A DNA stretch of 62,449 nt, counting the filler, from Globobulimina sp. (lineage: Eukaryota): the NCBI GenBank assembly GCA_003354225.1. It is 32 parts of 32 records of this genome, joined end to end, with 100 filler letters (N's around TTAATTAATTAA, not from the genome) between each part and the next. Parts side by side here need not be neighbours in the genome. Positions count along the whole stretch, not along the records: positions 1 to 1,856 come from PIVH01011177.1; positions 1,957 to 3,812 come from PIVH01011178.1; positions 3,913 to 5,768 come from PIVH01011179.1; positions 5,869 to 7,724 come from PIVH01011180.1; positions 7,825 to 9,680 come from PIVH01011181.1; positions 9,781 to 11,636 come from PIVH01011182.1; 26 more parts are not named here. The stretch is one strand, 5' to 3'. Position 1 is the first letter of the stretch, and each line of letters opens with the position of its first letter. Positions 1-11,736 of this stretch are shown in pieces. The notes below the pieces were generated by a model. It was not told where the DNA came from and did no database searches. It saw nothing but the letters and a program-made list of their open reading frames with translations. The position numbers were made by a program, and so were the translations under genes.

Positions 1-243
1 CTCAATAAAAACAGATTTTGAATACAAACTGTACAACTTTATATCTATCGATATGTTTACAGGGGGGGGGGAGGTTATTCAAAGTGTTTTTAGTGGAGTA
101 ATTAATGAAAGAAAAAAAAACATTAAATAAAGGATACATCAAAAACAATGTAATACTCTAATCAACAACATACTATCCACACTCTCATAAAAACTAAATA
201 CATTGATGTCATTCAACAACAAACAGCTAAAAAACGCAATAAA

Positions 244-1740
244 ATGAAAGCTTCTTTATTTAAACGCACGTCAACTCTAGATCTCCAGACCAAAAATATC
301 CAGAATCTATTGGGTCAACAAAAGTTCAGCGACGTGACGTTTATTATTGGCAAAAACAAAACAGAATTTAATGCTAATCGTTTGTTATTAGCTGCTATCA
401 GTCCAGTGTTTGAAGTCATGCTTTATGGACAAATGCATGAAAGCAAAAAAGATTCAGATGTAATCATTGAAGATGTTGATGAATTCGCATTTGAAGCTGT
501 ATTAAAATATGCATATTGTGGTGACCCTAAAATTACTGATCAAAATATATTAAATTTACAATATATTTGTCGTAAATATCAAATTGAAACATTAGCCGGT
601 ATTTGTGCCCAATATTTCCGATCATGTTTGAACGTCGACAATTTTTGTGTCTTATTAAACGGTGCAATGGAACTGAAATTAGCTAAATTTGTTCAATATT
701 GTCATAAATAATATGCCTCTGTCTGGAAAGGTTTCGGAAATTGCGACAATCTGTGTATGCCGGAGTTCAGTGACTTCAGTGATCTCGGTCTGGCCAGGCA
801 GACTCTGACATTCTCTGTACCCAAAACTGAGATAATAAAATTCAAAGGTTTTTCAAAATTAGGTTCAAATTTGAGTTTTATTGTTGGTAAAGAACAAATA
901 GAATATGATGCACATACATTTTTGATGAGTAGTATTAGCTCTGTTTTTAAACAGATGATAAATGGTTTAAACACAAACAGTTCAAAAATTCTGAGTGATG
1001 TAAATATTGATGCTTCTGCATTTGCAAATGTATTGGAATACTCTTATTGCAAAAACCCAACGTTTCAACCAACAAATATAATGCAAATGAAATATATCTG
1101 TAAAAAATATCAAATTCATTCATTATCAGATTTATGCGATGATTATTTTGATTCATTTTTAAATTCTACAAATTTTTGTTTATTGCTGAATACTGCGATA
1201 TTGAACAAATATGATGGATTTATCCAAAAATGTCATGAATTTTTGGAACATAACGACAGATTTAACAACGACACATATAACAGCTCCAACAGCTGGCAGT
1301 ATCAACAGGACGTATCTCATAAAGACGGCGTCCCAAAGTTTATGCAAAATAAGACTGGATTTTTAAAATTAAGTTTGGGTGCAATGATATCATTATTAAC
1401 ATCCGACTATTTTAACATTGATGAGGAATTATTATGGGATTATGTCTGTGAATGGGCAGTATTTCAATCGAATTGTAACAAAATCATTAAATGTCACTTA
1501 AAGAATAAAAATGAAAAAAAAGAACAAGAACCTTTTGATAAATTAAATTATAAATTGTATTTATTGAAATCCATTCGTAAATTTATACGGTTCGGTTTAA
1601 TGAGTGGTGATTTTATCGCAAAACACATTAAGCCATTGAATGTATTGAACGATCATGAATTAGCTACGATTTTGGTTTATACATTTGACAAAGAACAAGG
1701 ATGTGGAGATTTCATCACAAAGAAAAGAGAAAAGATTTAG
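244..1740 (+). CDS. Tandem BTB/POZ (+BACK-like) domain protein, interrupted by one in-frame TAA at 709-711
   Basis: FSDVTFIIG..FNANRLLLAAISPVF..ML..FEAVLKYAY; a second BTB copy; EELLWDYVCEW..IRFGLM (BACK). ORFs 244-711 and 757-1740 are in the same frame. Confidence 0.85.
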
Positions 1741-1856
1741 ATATATTATATTAAATTTCATCACAAAGAAGAGATTTCATCACAAAGAAAAGTCTGAAAA
1801 GAGAAGCTTTTTTTAAAGTAATATTATTTTGTGTTAGCTACAGTTTGTTTAACAAA

Positions 1857-1956
1857 NNNNNNNNNNNNNNNNNNNNNNNNNNNNNNNNNNNNNNNNNNNN
1901 TTAATTAATTAANNNNNNNNNNNNNNNNNNNNNNNNNNNNNNNNNNNNNNNNNNNN
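1857..1956. other. Artificial contig linker (N44-TTAATTAATTAA-N44), first of 31 copies recurring every ~1954-1956 bp
   Basis: Identical spacer with stops in all six frames. Contig lengths decrease 1856, 1855, 1854, 1853. Confidence 0.99.
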
Positions 1957-2010
1957 AATTAAATAATGAAATTAAACCAATTTCAATATTAATATTCAAT
2001 TTCATTATTT

Positions 2011-3165
2011 AATTACAATACCACCTTAATTCAGAACAGTGCTTTGCAATTTCTTGTAGATCATAATACAAATATTAATTATGATTCCTCCCCGTTTCTG
2101 TTAGTACTAAGTAGCGTAGCGGCTCATTCCCCGTTCACTGTGCAAGACAAATACTTGTCGGAGATGCAGAAAAGTCACATAGTCGCACCGAGAACACCTA
2201 ACTGGAATGCATTTGGAATGAACGATCATCACAAACTGATTAGTGCACAGTCAGCAATGTCTCAGAAACAAGTCGACGAATCTGACTACATATTTCGTCA
2301 CAGGTTATATGCCTTAAAGTCTGTGGATGATGCAATTAACGACATTTATAATTACATTGCGGATGAAATGGATGCATCCGTATTAGATAACACTTTCTTT
2401 ATTTATACCTCCGATCATGGCTTCCATTCTGGACAGTTTGCTATGCCATTTGCTAAGATGCAATTGTATGAAACAGATATAAGAATTCCATTTTTCATCT
2501 CCAACTCTGGCGACAATATCGCTAAAGGCGTCAGTGTTGATGTTATGGCCAATAATATTGACATTGCACCGACCATTCTGGACTTGGCTGGAATTGATTA
2601 TCAAACAGAAACAGCTATGGATGGAAAGTCATTGTTGCCGTTCCTCGCAGTGTCTGATGATGAGAGTGGTGATTTGGAGGACGAGGTACAAATGGTTTTG
2701 GTTGAATATAATGGTGAAGGGTTTAATCATATTGATTTTAGAATGTGTGGGACTCATATTGACGGATTTGATACCATACAATGTGATTCATGGAATAATA
2801 CATTCAGTTGTCTGCGATGGATGGATAACAGGAATGAGGATGATGCCATTTATTGTAAGTTTACATGTTATACGGAAGGCAGAGTTGAAACGGAATGTGA
2901 AGCACAATATAACGATATTGAATTGAAAGGAGAGTATTATGAATTAAGTAATGATCCGTGGCAAATGAACAATTTATGGCATAGTTTGAGCGTGGAGCGA
3001 GTCCAATATTTTGATGATAAAATATTGCAATTTCAAGCATGTTCTGGCCGTCAATGCCGAGAATTGTTTAATATGAATAGTATGGTGGTGAGTAAAAAGG
3101 AAGTCATAAAGGAAGCGAATTCATTTTATGATGTTTCGAGATTATTGGCATTTTTAGCGTATTAA
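2011..3165 (+). CDS. Sulfatase (N-acetylglucosamine-6-sulfatase-like), 5'-partial
   Basis: AHSPF, LKSVDD, NTFFIYTSDHGFHSGQF..K..LYETDIRIPF, NIDIAPTILDLAG, MDGKSLLP, EYYELSNDPWQMNNL. Confidence 0.92.
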   Translation, partial: NYNTTLIQNSALQFLVDHNTNINYDSSPFLLVLSSVAAHSPFTVQDKYLSEMQKSHIVAPRTPNWNAFGMNDHHKLISAQSAMSQKQVDESDYIFRHRLYALKSVDDAINDIYNYIADEMDASVLDNTFFIYTSDHGFHSGQFAMPFAKMQLYETDIRIPFFISNSGDNIAKGVSVDVMANNIDIAPTILDLAGIDYQTETAMDGKSLLPFLAVSDDESGDLEDEVQMVLVEYNGEGFNHIDFRMCGTHIDGFDTIQCDSWNNTFSCLRWMDNRNEDDAIYCKFTCYTEGRVETECEAQYNDIELKGEYYELSNDPWQMNNLWHSLSVERVQYFDDKILQFQACSGRQCRELFNMNSMVVSKKEVIKEANSFYDVSRLLAFLAY

Positions 3166-3408
3166 CCTTTATTTATATTATATTTATATATATGTATTCT
3201 ATACAGTATTTATATTAGTATTTATATATTTTATCGTTATTTTTACCGTCGATAATTAATAATTTTAGTTCACTTGAAAGTTGAAAATCAATGCTAGACA
3301 GGGAAATGGCAGCAAGACTGTATATGGGTTATCTCTCAGGAAATTGACAAATTAAACTCCGTTAGAATCCGCACTAAAAACTTCTAAAAAATCTTGTAAT
3401 AATCTTCC

Positions 3409-3812
3409 ATGGCTCTTAAAGCTCTTTCATACACATTCATTGGGACTTGTATAGATTTAATTATTTATGGGATATTTGCTTTAATCGTTGCTTTCATTTT
3501 AATCATTGAAGTGATGCAGTTTTATAAAGGGTATCGAATGAAACATACATTGGAAGTCGAATTAGAAGTTGTAACAGTTCAAAGCTCAGTAGATTTAGAT
3601 GATCTATCAAACAAACCGTCAAATACTGGTGATTCTGATACAACATCGTCACCAGCTACATTTCTCCCATTTTTGAGTGCGTTGAATTTCGGCATATACA
3701 TATTCTACGTACTATTCATGGTTTCGTATATTTTTGTTGTAATGGAATATGAAATTGATGGAACGTGCTATGCGATGGGAATACCCGGCTTTTTATATGG
3801 ACTCGGCAAGAT
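3409..3812 (+). CDS. Multi-pass membrane protein, 3'-partial (possibly 7TM-like)
   Basis: ATG start and two to three hydrophobic helices; runs off the contig end. Confidence 0.6.
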
Positions 3813-3912
3813 NNNNNNNNNNNNNNNNNNNNNNNNNNNNNNNNNNNNNNNNNNNNTTAATTAATTAANNNNNNNNNNNNNNNNNNNNNNNNNNNNNNNN
3901 NNNNNNNNNNNN

Positions 3913-5768
3913 AAAATGGAAATGAATTACATTTATATTTATTAATACCATTTAATTTCATCCCTAATAAGTGATATTTTTTAGCTTTATAGATTTCCAT
4001 CGATAGCTCTTTACATTTCGTGCAATCCGCACCTGCAGAATCTGCATGGGATAACCATAAATATTTCAATATATCAATATCAATGCTGTTATTTGCTAAT
4101 GTTGCATATGCATATTCCATTACATTTTGCTCATTCACTGCGTCATCGTGCAATAATCCATGTGTTTCTTCCTCTTCTTTCTCCTCCGCTGGTTCATATG
4201 CTTTCGCATCACTTATTTTTGCTTTTTTGTGGGTGTTGATTTGAGGGATAACTCTCCCGCGGTCATTCATGATAATTGCGGGATATTTTATATAATTCGT
4301 ATTTATATTTTTTATGTTTGGTATCATGTCTGGTTTCCTGATACACATAAATTGCGTCTCTCCGTTTAAAGTGGCACCGCCACATTGGAAAAATATAGGT
4401 ATTTTCACATCGCATTGTTTATATTTCGATGGATGTGCAAACACAATAACATTCATATAAATACTCGCCAATTTATTCACACATTCAACATTATTCGACG
4501 ACGAGGTCTTAAACAAATCCATAATGATAACATCTGAGGGATAATAACAATGATTTTCATTGAAAATGACAACTTTTTTATAAATCGAATCATCCCAAAT
4601 CTCAAACCTATCATATTGGACATTGAAAGTTTGAATAAATACCTCATTTGCTTTCAAAATCTTCAATTCATCAAAACATCCATAGAGCAACGCGCCATGT
4701 TTATATTCCAAATATATTTTATATTCATTGCGCAAGATTTTGATTTCATTTTCAATCACAATTTGTATAAATTTGGACAGAAACACTTCCGATTCCGCCA
4801 ACAGCCCACAATTAAATGCTTTCATCCACACACTATTTTTGAATGAATATCCATTGCCTGCATTACAATTAATTGCTGGAATCGAAATATAATCCAAATT
4901 ATACAACAAATGCCGCGCCACCATATCATTGCACCGCGCATGATTTAATAACTTGATTCGTTCGCAAACCAATTTGTAAATGACTTGCGGGCAAATGCCT
5001 AATGACTGCAGTATAAAGATACTGTGTGGCGACAAATACGCTGGTTTCCAATACGAAAACTCGTAGATTTCCATATCATCGCTTTGCTGGAACCTATATT
5101 TCTTCTGCGATTTCCTGAAAATGAAGCCCTTCTCATCCATGTATGGATTCAGTGTCAAAACGCCAAAATATCCGCGATATGCAAATCTAACCAATGTGGG
5201 ACATTTATTGTTGTAATATTCATCGATATTCAATCGATACAATGACAATTTATTCACATTCTCCCCTCGCAATATATCATACAACTTACTATTGGCCCAA
5301 ATCAACGGCATCAAACCAGTGCCATCGGTGTATAATTCCCAACCGCTGCCATAAACCTCTTCTTCCTGCACAAATTTGATGTTATTCCTGGTTCCCGACA
5401 CACTGCAAATGGATGGCAAAAACCGCTGCGTGGCGTAATGGGTCAAAATGCCATTGGTAGTTAGCTGCGGCCGACATATTCTATTCAATAATTGCATGCA
5501 ACGCACGCGTTTGCCACCGACATACGACGATGGTTGGAAGAAACACAACGTCCGATGTCGAAATAGCGAGGGCGTACTGAACAAATATTGATAGGTCCGG
5601 TTATAAATTATAATGCGTCCATCATATATGCCATTCAGTATATATTTTTTTAATATAAACCCGAAATAAGAGCCATTTTGTATATTGGCACTGGGCATAG
5701 ACTCAAACTCTTCATTGACAAAGGAAATAAATAGCAAATTGTCCATGTACTTCTCATTTACAATCCAT
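3913..5768 (-). CDS. Eukaryotic RNAi-type RNA-dependent RNA polymerase homolog with degenerate active site, partial at both ends
   Basis: Ordered RdRP motifs: LFISFVNE, TDGTG, YRGYFGVL, FRKSQKKY, YLSPHSIFILQSLGI, LLYGCFDELKILKANEVFIQ, NHCYYPSDV, NVIVF, CGGATLNGE (canonical SGSDLDGD). Confidence 0.85.
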
Positions 5769-6083
5769 NNNNNNNNNNNNNNNNNNNNNNNNNNNNNNNN
5801 NNNNNNNNNNNNTTAATTAATTAANNNNNNNNNNNNNNNNNNNNNNNNNNNNNNNNNNNNNNNNNNNNAAAAAACATATGGTAGAGCATTACATTAGTTT
5901 TTCCCCTATGGTGAAGCGAACATTTTCCTATTTAAATATGAATGGAGATGTCAAATATCATTTTTTTTTCGATTTTATGGCAGTTTCAATATCAGAGTAT
6001 CAGTATCAAAGTTTCAGTACACACAACTTGTATACATTGATCTAGGTGGACTTAGACAAATTTAGATCAGAGTTTCAGAGTAT

Positions 6084-6272
6084 CAGTGTTTCAGTTAATT
6101 TTGCCTGTCTCCATTTCTACCACATTTCGGATATACATATCACTCAATCAGTGTTTCAGTGAATTTTGCCTGTCTCTATTTCTACCACATTACGCGGATA
6201 TACATATCACTCAATCAGTGTTTCAGTGGATTTTGCCTGTCTCTATTTCTACCACATTACGGATATACACAT
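6084..6272. repeat. Tandem repeat, ~65-67 bp x ~3
   Basis: CAGTGTTTCAGT.AATTTTGCCTGTCTC.ATTTCTACCACATT..GGATATACA repeated three times. Confidence 0.9.
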
Positions 6273-6380
6273 ATCCTAGTGACGCTACGCCTATATCCTA
6301 GTGACGTATATATATATATATATATCAATTATCAGTGATATCAGACAGGTATCATGATCTATATAGATAAGTGATCATAG

Positions 6381-6884
6381 TTTATCATTTTGATGATTCC
6401 GCAGCATCAAACTCCAATAACTCCACCAATAACAAGTTGCGTCTACAACGCACCGCCTTCGATGAAAAAATCAATAAAATATCACAAGACATGAATGCCA
6501 AACTCGACCGGCTATCCTATACTATCCTATACTATCCTATACTATCCTATACTATCCTATACTATCCTATACTAAGCCTTATCCTTCAATCCTAACGACT
6601 CGGTGTTGGATATCAATATGGAATGCAAATTAGATAAAAATTTGATAATCCCGCATGAGAATGATACAAATTTGGATTTAAGTTTAGGATTTAATATGGC
6701 GCAGAATGTGGGAGATATAACGGGCGTTTTACAAGGCAACGAAGAAGATTTAGATAGAAAGTTATTAGATTTTAAAGTGCCACAGGAATCGTTCGAGAGT
6801 CGGTGGAGAGATTGGGAGAAGACGGTATTATTCAAATTAAAACGTGGCGAAAAGTACAAACCGTTCGAATCGATGTTGGCGTAA
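6381..6884 (+). CDS. Probable 3' part of a gene of unknown function, split by the 10-bp minisatellite
   Basis: Coding-like composition on both sides; ...AKLDRLS | (AL)SFNPNDSVLDIN... continues in another frame to a stop at 6884. Confidence 0.4.
6512..6573. repeat. 10-bp minisatellite (CTATCCTATA) x ~6
   Basis: Directly visible perfect repeat. Confidence 0.95.
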
Positions 6885-7571
6885 AAGTGTCGGATTTTGT
6901 TTTATTAGTCATTGTTGTGTGAAGATTAGTATATTATTTTATTTTATTTTTATGTTTAGTTTTTAATTGGTTGGCATTGTATGTATGCAGTTATTTTTGT
7001 TTACAACCAATTTATTTAAGACGAATCATATTTATGTTTGATTCATTTATTTGTGCTTTTTTCACGCGTGTTTGTTTTTGTTTTTATTTGTTTATATGTC
7101 GTTGTGTGAGTGTTTGTAGTTTTTTTGTGATTGAACATTTTTAAGTCTTCAGTTAAACACTTTGACAATGGCTACTTTACGTTAGCCGAAAGCTCAGTGA
7201 TTTTAAACAATATAGTTTCAACTAATTCATACTATAAACTCTTTCTCAGTTTTTATAATTAAATAAACAAACTATATACCACATTGTACACATCACACTT
7301 AAATACATACAGTCAAATCCCGATTAAAATTAAAACGTAGAACAAGAAACAGAGTCATTCGATTTTTCACTGGATTTGCCAATTCCGATTATATTGATGT
7401 GCCCACTTTGCTACATTCCACATTAAAATATCTCGTCTACCTATGTTTTATCGGACATAAGTTCCCCTTCAAAGGAAATTTATTGTGCCTTCAAATCCAA
7501 ACATTCCATCTATTTTTGGGTCGATAGACCCTCATACCAGTGTTTTGAAAAATTTGAGTTTTTTTTTATGA

Positions 7572-7572
7572 G

Positions 7573-7604
<32 letters not shown>

Positions 7605-7724
7605 TTTTTTAACACTTTTTTTTTAGAATTATAGAAACGTTTTCTGACTAAATAAATCCGAGAATTATAGAAACGTTTTCAGACCAAATAAATCCGAAAT
7701 AAATCCGAGAATTATAGAAACGTT
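7572..7724. repeat. (ACT)n microsatellite followed by a ~36-bp imperfect tandem repeat
   Basis: TAC x ~10; AGAATTATAGAAACGTT x3. Confidence 0.9.
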
Positions 7725-7903
7725 NNNNNNNNNNNNNNNNNNNNNNNNNNNNNNNNNNNNNNNNNNNNTTAATTAATTAANNNNNNNNNNNNNNNNNNNN
7801 NNNNNNNNNNNNNNNNNNNNNNNNCCCATCTACCTACCTACCAAGCTCTGCAATGATAAAGGATTTTAACTAACATTATACCGCGCGCGTCTTGACGCGC
7901 GGG

Positions 7904-9680
7904 TAGGGATGCACACGAAAATTAAAATTCAAAAATTTACGTACGTGTAAAGTCCATTTTTTCCCGATTTAATTTCTATAATATACTGTAATATGGAAAT
8001 TAAACTGTTTAATTTTCGTATAGTACGTCGTACGAAAATTAATTTTCGTACACGTATAATTATTAATTAATGTACTCGTAACAGAAAATCAAAAATTCAA
8101 AATCTAAAATTTTATTTTATGAAACATAACATTCCATTACTATATTGCTTTCATAGCTAATTCTTGATTACATCTCAACAATACTTCATTCTGTAAACTA
8201 TCAGGACTCAATCTACAGCGATCAGCTGACATAGACTTGTTTGCAATACTAAAGATTCGCTCACAGCCAGCACTAGAGCTAGGAACACATAACACATCAC
8301 ATGCAAATCGACAAATCAAAGGATAGGAAATTTGACCCTTTATGCACCAATATGTAATAGGAGAGTCATTTCTGTCCAACACCAAATTATCAGTTCGATA
8401 TCGGTTTATTTCTGAACTAAGTTCGGATGGCTCTTGCAAAGAATCGGTGCTGTTTTGTTTTGTAATATTGGCTTCATCAAGCAACTGGTCCAAATAATTG
8501 CTGGTTGAAATAGCATCATTATCATCCACATCAACAGGCGTCAAAAAAGTTGGTTGTTGTCCCGACACATCAACTAGCTCACAGGATTCTGTTTCCGTCA
8601 TCAGCTAAAATATATTTTATAAGTAATTGTTAATCGAAATTCTGACTTTTTATGCTATTTTGTGAGTTACTAACTGAAATTACCTCTGATTCTAAGGCTG
8701 CTATAGCCGCATCAATTTGATTTTGTTTCAACAATCTTCGATATCTGGGGTCAAGAAATGTGGCAAGAACAAACAGCCAATCGAACTTCGGATTGTTTGG
8801 GTCAATAATGTAACCAAATCGATCCGATCGGTTAATTTCAGTAAGCAATCGGTTGGCAACATTCTGAACATGAGTACTGCGTTGCACCAGCAGGCGAAGT
8901 CCCTGAAAAAATCAGACATACAGTACACTCAAACATACATTATATGCATATACAACGATATGTATGAGGTAGAACAACAAAATAAAAACTAACAAAACAT
9001 ATGAACTCACTTTCAAGTGCATTTCAAGAACTTGTAAACTTGGAATCACTTCAGAGGCTGTAACTGCATTTTCTCTGGCTATCAAATCAGTAATTTCTGC
9101 AAACGGTTTTAAGAGATCATAAACTTCTCGAAGTTCGTCCCATTGTTGAAAGTTTGGACCATCAATTTTGTATTTTTGTTGAATTTCGGGTAAAAAATCC
9201 TTCACTTCGAGCAGTCGTTGAAGCATCAAGAATAATGAACTCCATCTGGAAAGTATTTGGTTACTAACATAGTATAGCAGTATATGTTAAAAATGTGCTT
9301 TTGATACCTACCTTGTAACAACAAATAGAACAACACCTTTGCCCCCGGTTGCCTGTTTCAGTGCTTCACCAGCTGCATGCTTATGTAGTTTTACAACCAA
9401 CTTTTTGGCTGCTTCAATACTATCAGTTAAGTCTGGATCATTAATGACAACCATGACGACAAGCTGAAGTGAATGTACAAAGCAAGCCATTCGCTTCCTA
9501 CCAAAATGAAAAAAGGCATCTTCCTCAGCTTGCTCAAATTCAGTGACAATTTTATCCAATCGTTCCTGTAAAGTGACTTTGGTTGCTGTGATAGCTGATT
9601 CCCTTTCTTCCAGGTCATCCTCATCAAATGATACATCAAGATTGGCATCTACATCGTGTACAACATCTTCCACTTCTGGT
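7904..9680 (-). mobile_element. hAT-superfamily DNA transposon, right-hand portion with putative terminus
   Basis: Transposase plus TAGGGATG at 7904 (Ac-like TIR start) and subterminal ACGAAAATT/TTTTCGTA repeats. Confidence 0.8.
8140..9680 (-). CDS. hAT transposase, 5'-partial, with 3 introns (9246-9311, 8903-9010, 8605-8683)
   Basis: CFVHSLQL (CxxH); VTR/WSS restored by splicing; ATFLDPRY; C-terminal dimerization domain VLCVPSSSAGCERIFS. GT-AG introns restore the frame. Confidence 0.92.
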
Positions 9681-9780
9681 NNNNNNNNNNNNNNNNNNNN
9701 NNNNNNNNNNNNNNNNNNNNNNNNTTAATTAATTAANNNNNNNNNNNNNNNNNNNNNNNNNNNNNNNNNNNNNNNNNNNN

Positions 9781-11636
9781 GAAAACAATGCGAGGATGTG
9801 GAAGATTTTTGGATACGACAATTCATTACTGCATTCCCATTTGGACTTAATGACAGAATTAAATGCTATGGAGATGTGTCAAGTGGGATAATTCCAGCTA
9901 CAAAGACTACCCAACCATATTTTTGTCGACCAATTATCATGGAAAAAAGGAATAGGAAACGAAACAAGAAACGTGAATCAAGAACAATGGATCCAGATAT
10001 ACTGATAAAAGCTGAAAGGATACAAAACAGTGATTCCTCCTGTTTTGATAGACGTAAATTATATTTGTTTCTACAATCATTGTCTAAAAAGAATTTACTG
10101 GTTATCAATGATGCAATAAACATGGGAAACATGGAATTCTGGCATGAAGATATTAAATTAGCTACTCAAGCTTACATGGCAGGTTACTATAATAATAACA
10201 AAATAACAAACAAATCAAAAAGTTTAATAATAGTAGCAAACTATCCTAATAAAGGTATGGAAATGCTAAAATTAGAAACAATTTTCAAGGATAGACGATT
10301 ACAGAAAGCATTTACATTCCAAAATATAAAATCTGAACAACCCATTATTACATACAAATATGTCACACCAATCAGTCGTAAATTGTTTAATTATAATTAT
10401 TTTCTCAAAAAACTAAATATTAATGAAATTAAAAACATTACGCAAAATAATTGTGAGTGTATCACATCAAAATATGTTTATAATCAATGTCAACACATCA
10501 TTACGGGGGATCTGAATATTGTCGAAAATACAAGACTAAGAAACTTATTTGGAAAAGGAGCCAAGTACCGAGAACCTAAAACTTTTAACTGGATAGAAGT
10601 TAAAGAAAGTGCTATTACTGCTGGAAATGATTATGTCAGAAAAACTTTGAAAGGATGCTCAGCCAGCAAAAGAAGGCATTTATTATTAGCCATGGAAGAT
10701 TACAAGAAATTATTTTCAAAGATAATTGACAACAGAATACGATTTTTGTCAGAACATATGGATAACAATATAGAAACGACCTCAATTCTATGTCAACATC
10801 AATGCCAGAAAGAATTGAAAAGACTACATTCAAGATTTGTTATAGCACCAGCAGACAAAGCTAGCAATAATTTTATCTTCATTTGTAAAAAATACTATAC
10901 AGAAGTCATGTGCAAGGAATTGGGTATCGAAATCGATAACAATGGTGGTTATTCTGTTGCAGGAAATAAAGTTTATGAACCTAGTGTTTCAGATGTCAAC
11001 ACTCTAATCGATAAACATAAAAGGCTAACATTACAGAATGGTATTACAAAATTTGGTGAAGATAATGAATGTTTACCAGTTATTTTTGCGACACCAAAAC
11101 TACACAAAAATCCTTACAAATTTCGTTTTATAGCTGGTGCTCGTAATTCTTCCACCAAACCCATGTCTAAAATTCTGCATCAAATTTTATCTCATTTTCA
11201 AAAGCATTTTGAACGATACTGTGGTATAGTTAGTAAAAGAAAAGGATTTAATTGTTATTGGTCTATCAAAGGCAGTCTGGAAGCCTTGAGACGTATTGAA
11301 CATAAAATACAATCTAAAAATCTTAACAGCATATGTACGGCAGATTTCAGCTCGCTATATACAATGTTTCCACATAACATTATAAAAGAGCAACTCTGCA
11401 AGCTGGCAGACTTGTTGTTTGATCATTCTAATAAAAGATTTGTGATAATTTCATACAACAATGTTTACTATGCAGATCAAGCTGAAGGAACCAAAATTAT
11501 AATACTTGACAGAAATGAAGTCAAATCTTTAATTATGGATGTTATCGATGAAACATTTGTTTTATTTGGCGGTTTTCACTTTAGACAAACATGTGGTGTT
11601 CCAATGGGTGGGAATGCCAGTCCACTTATCGCAGAT
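9781..11636 (+). mobile_element. Penelope-like retroelement ORF (Naiad/Chlamys-type, endonuclease N-terminal to RT), partial
   Basis: EDFWIRQFITAFPFGLND (GIY-YIG tail), KGAKYRE, PADKASNN, PKLHKNPYKFRFI, DFSSLYT, QTCGVPMGGNASPLIAD. Confidence 0.88.
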
Positions 11637-11736
11637 NNNNNNNNNNNNNNNNNNNNNNNNNNNNNNNNNNNNNNNNNNNNTTAATTAATTAANNNNNNNN
11701 NNNNNNNNNNNNNNNNNNNNNNNNNNNNNNNNNNNN

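Noticed and set aside
1706-1792. Triple ATTTCATCACAAAGAA around the BTB stop codon
   Set aside because: A short local duplication with no spacer regularity; not CRISPR.
1957-2014. 17-bp inverted repeat at the contig start
   Set aside because: It is AT-only and at a contig edge where the sulfatase is truncated; probably an amplification or assembly fold-back.
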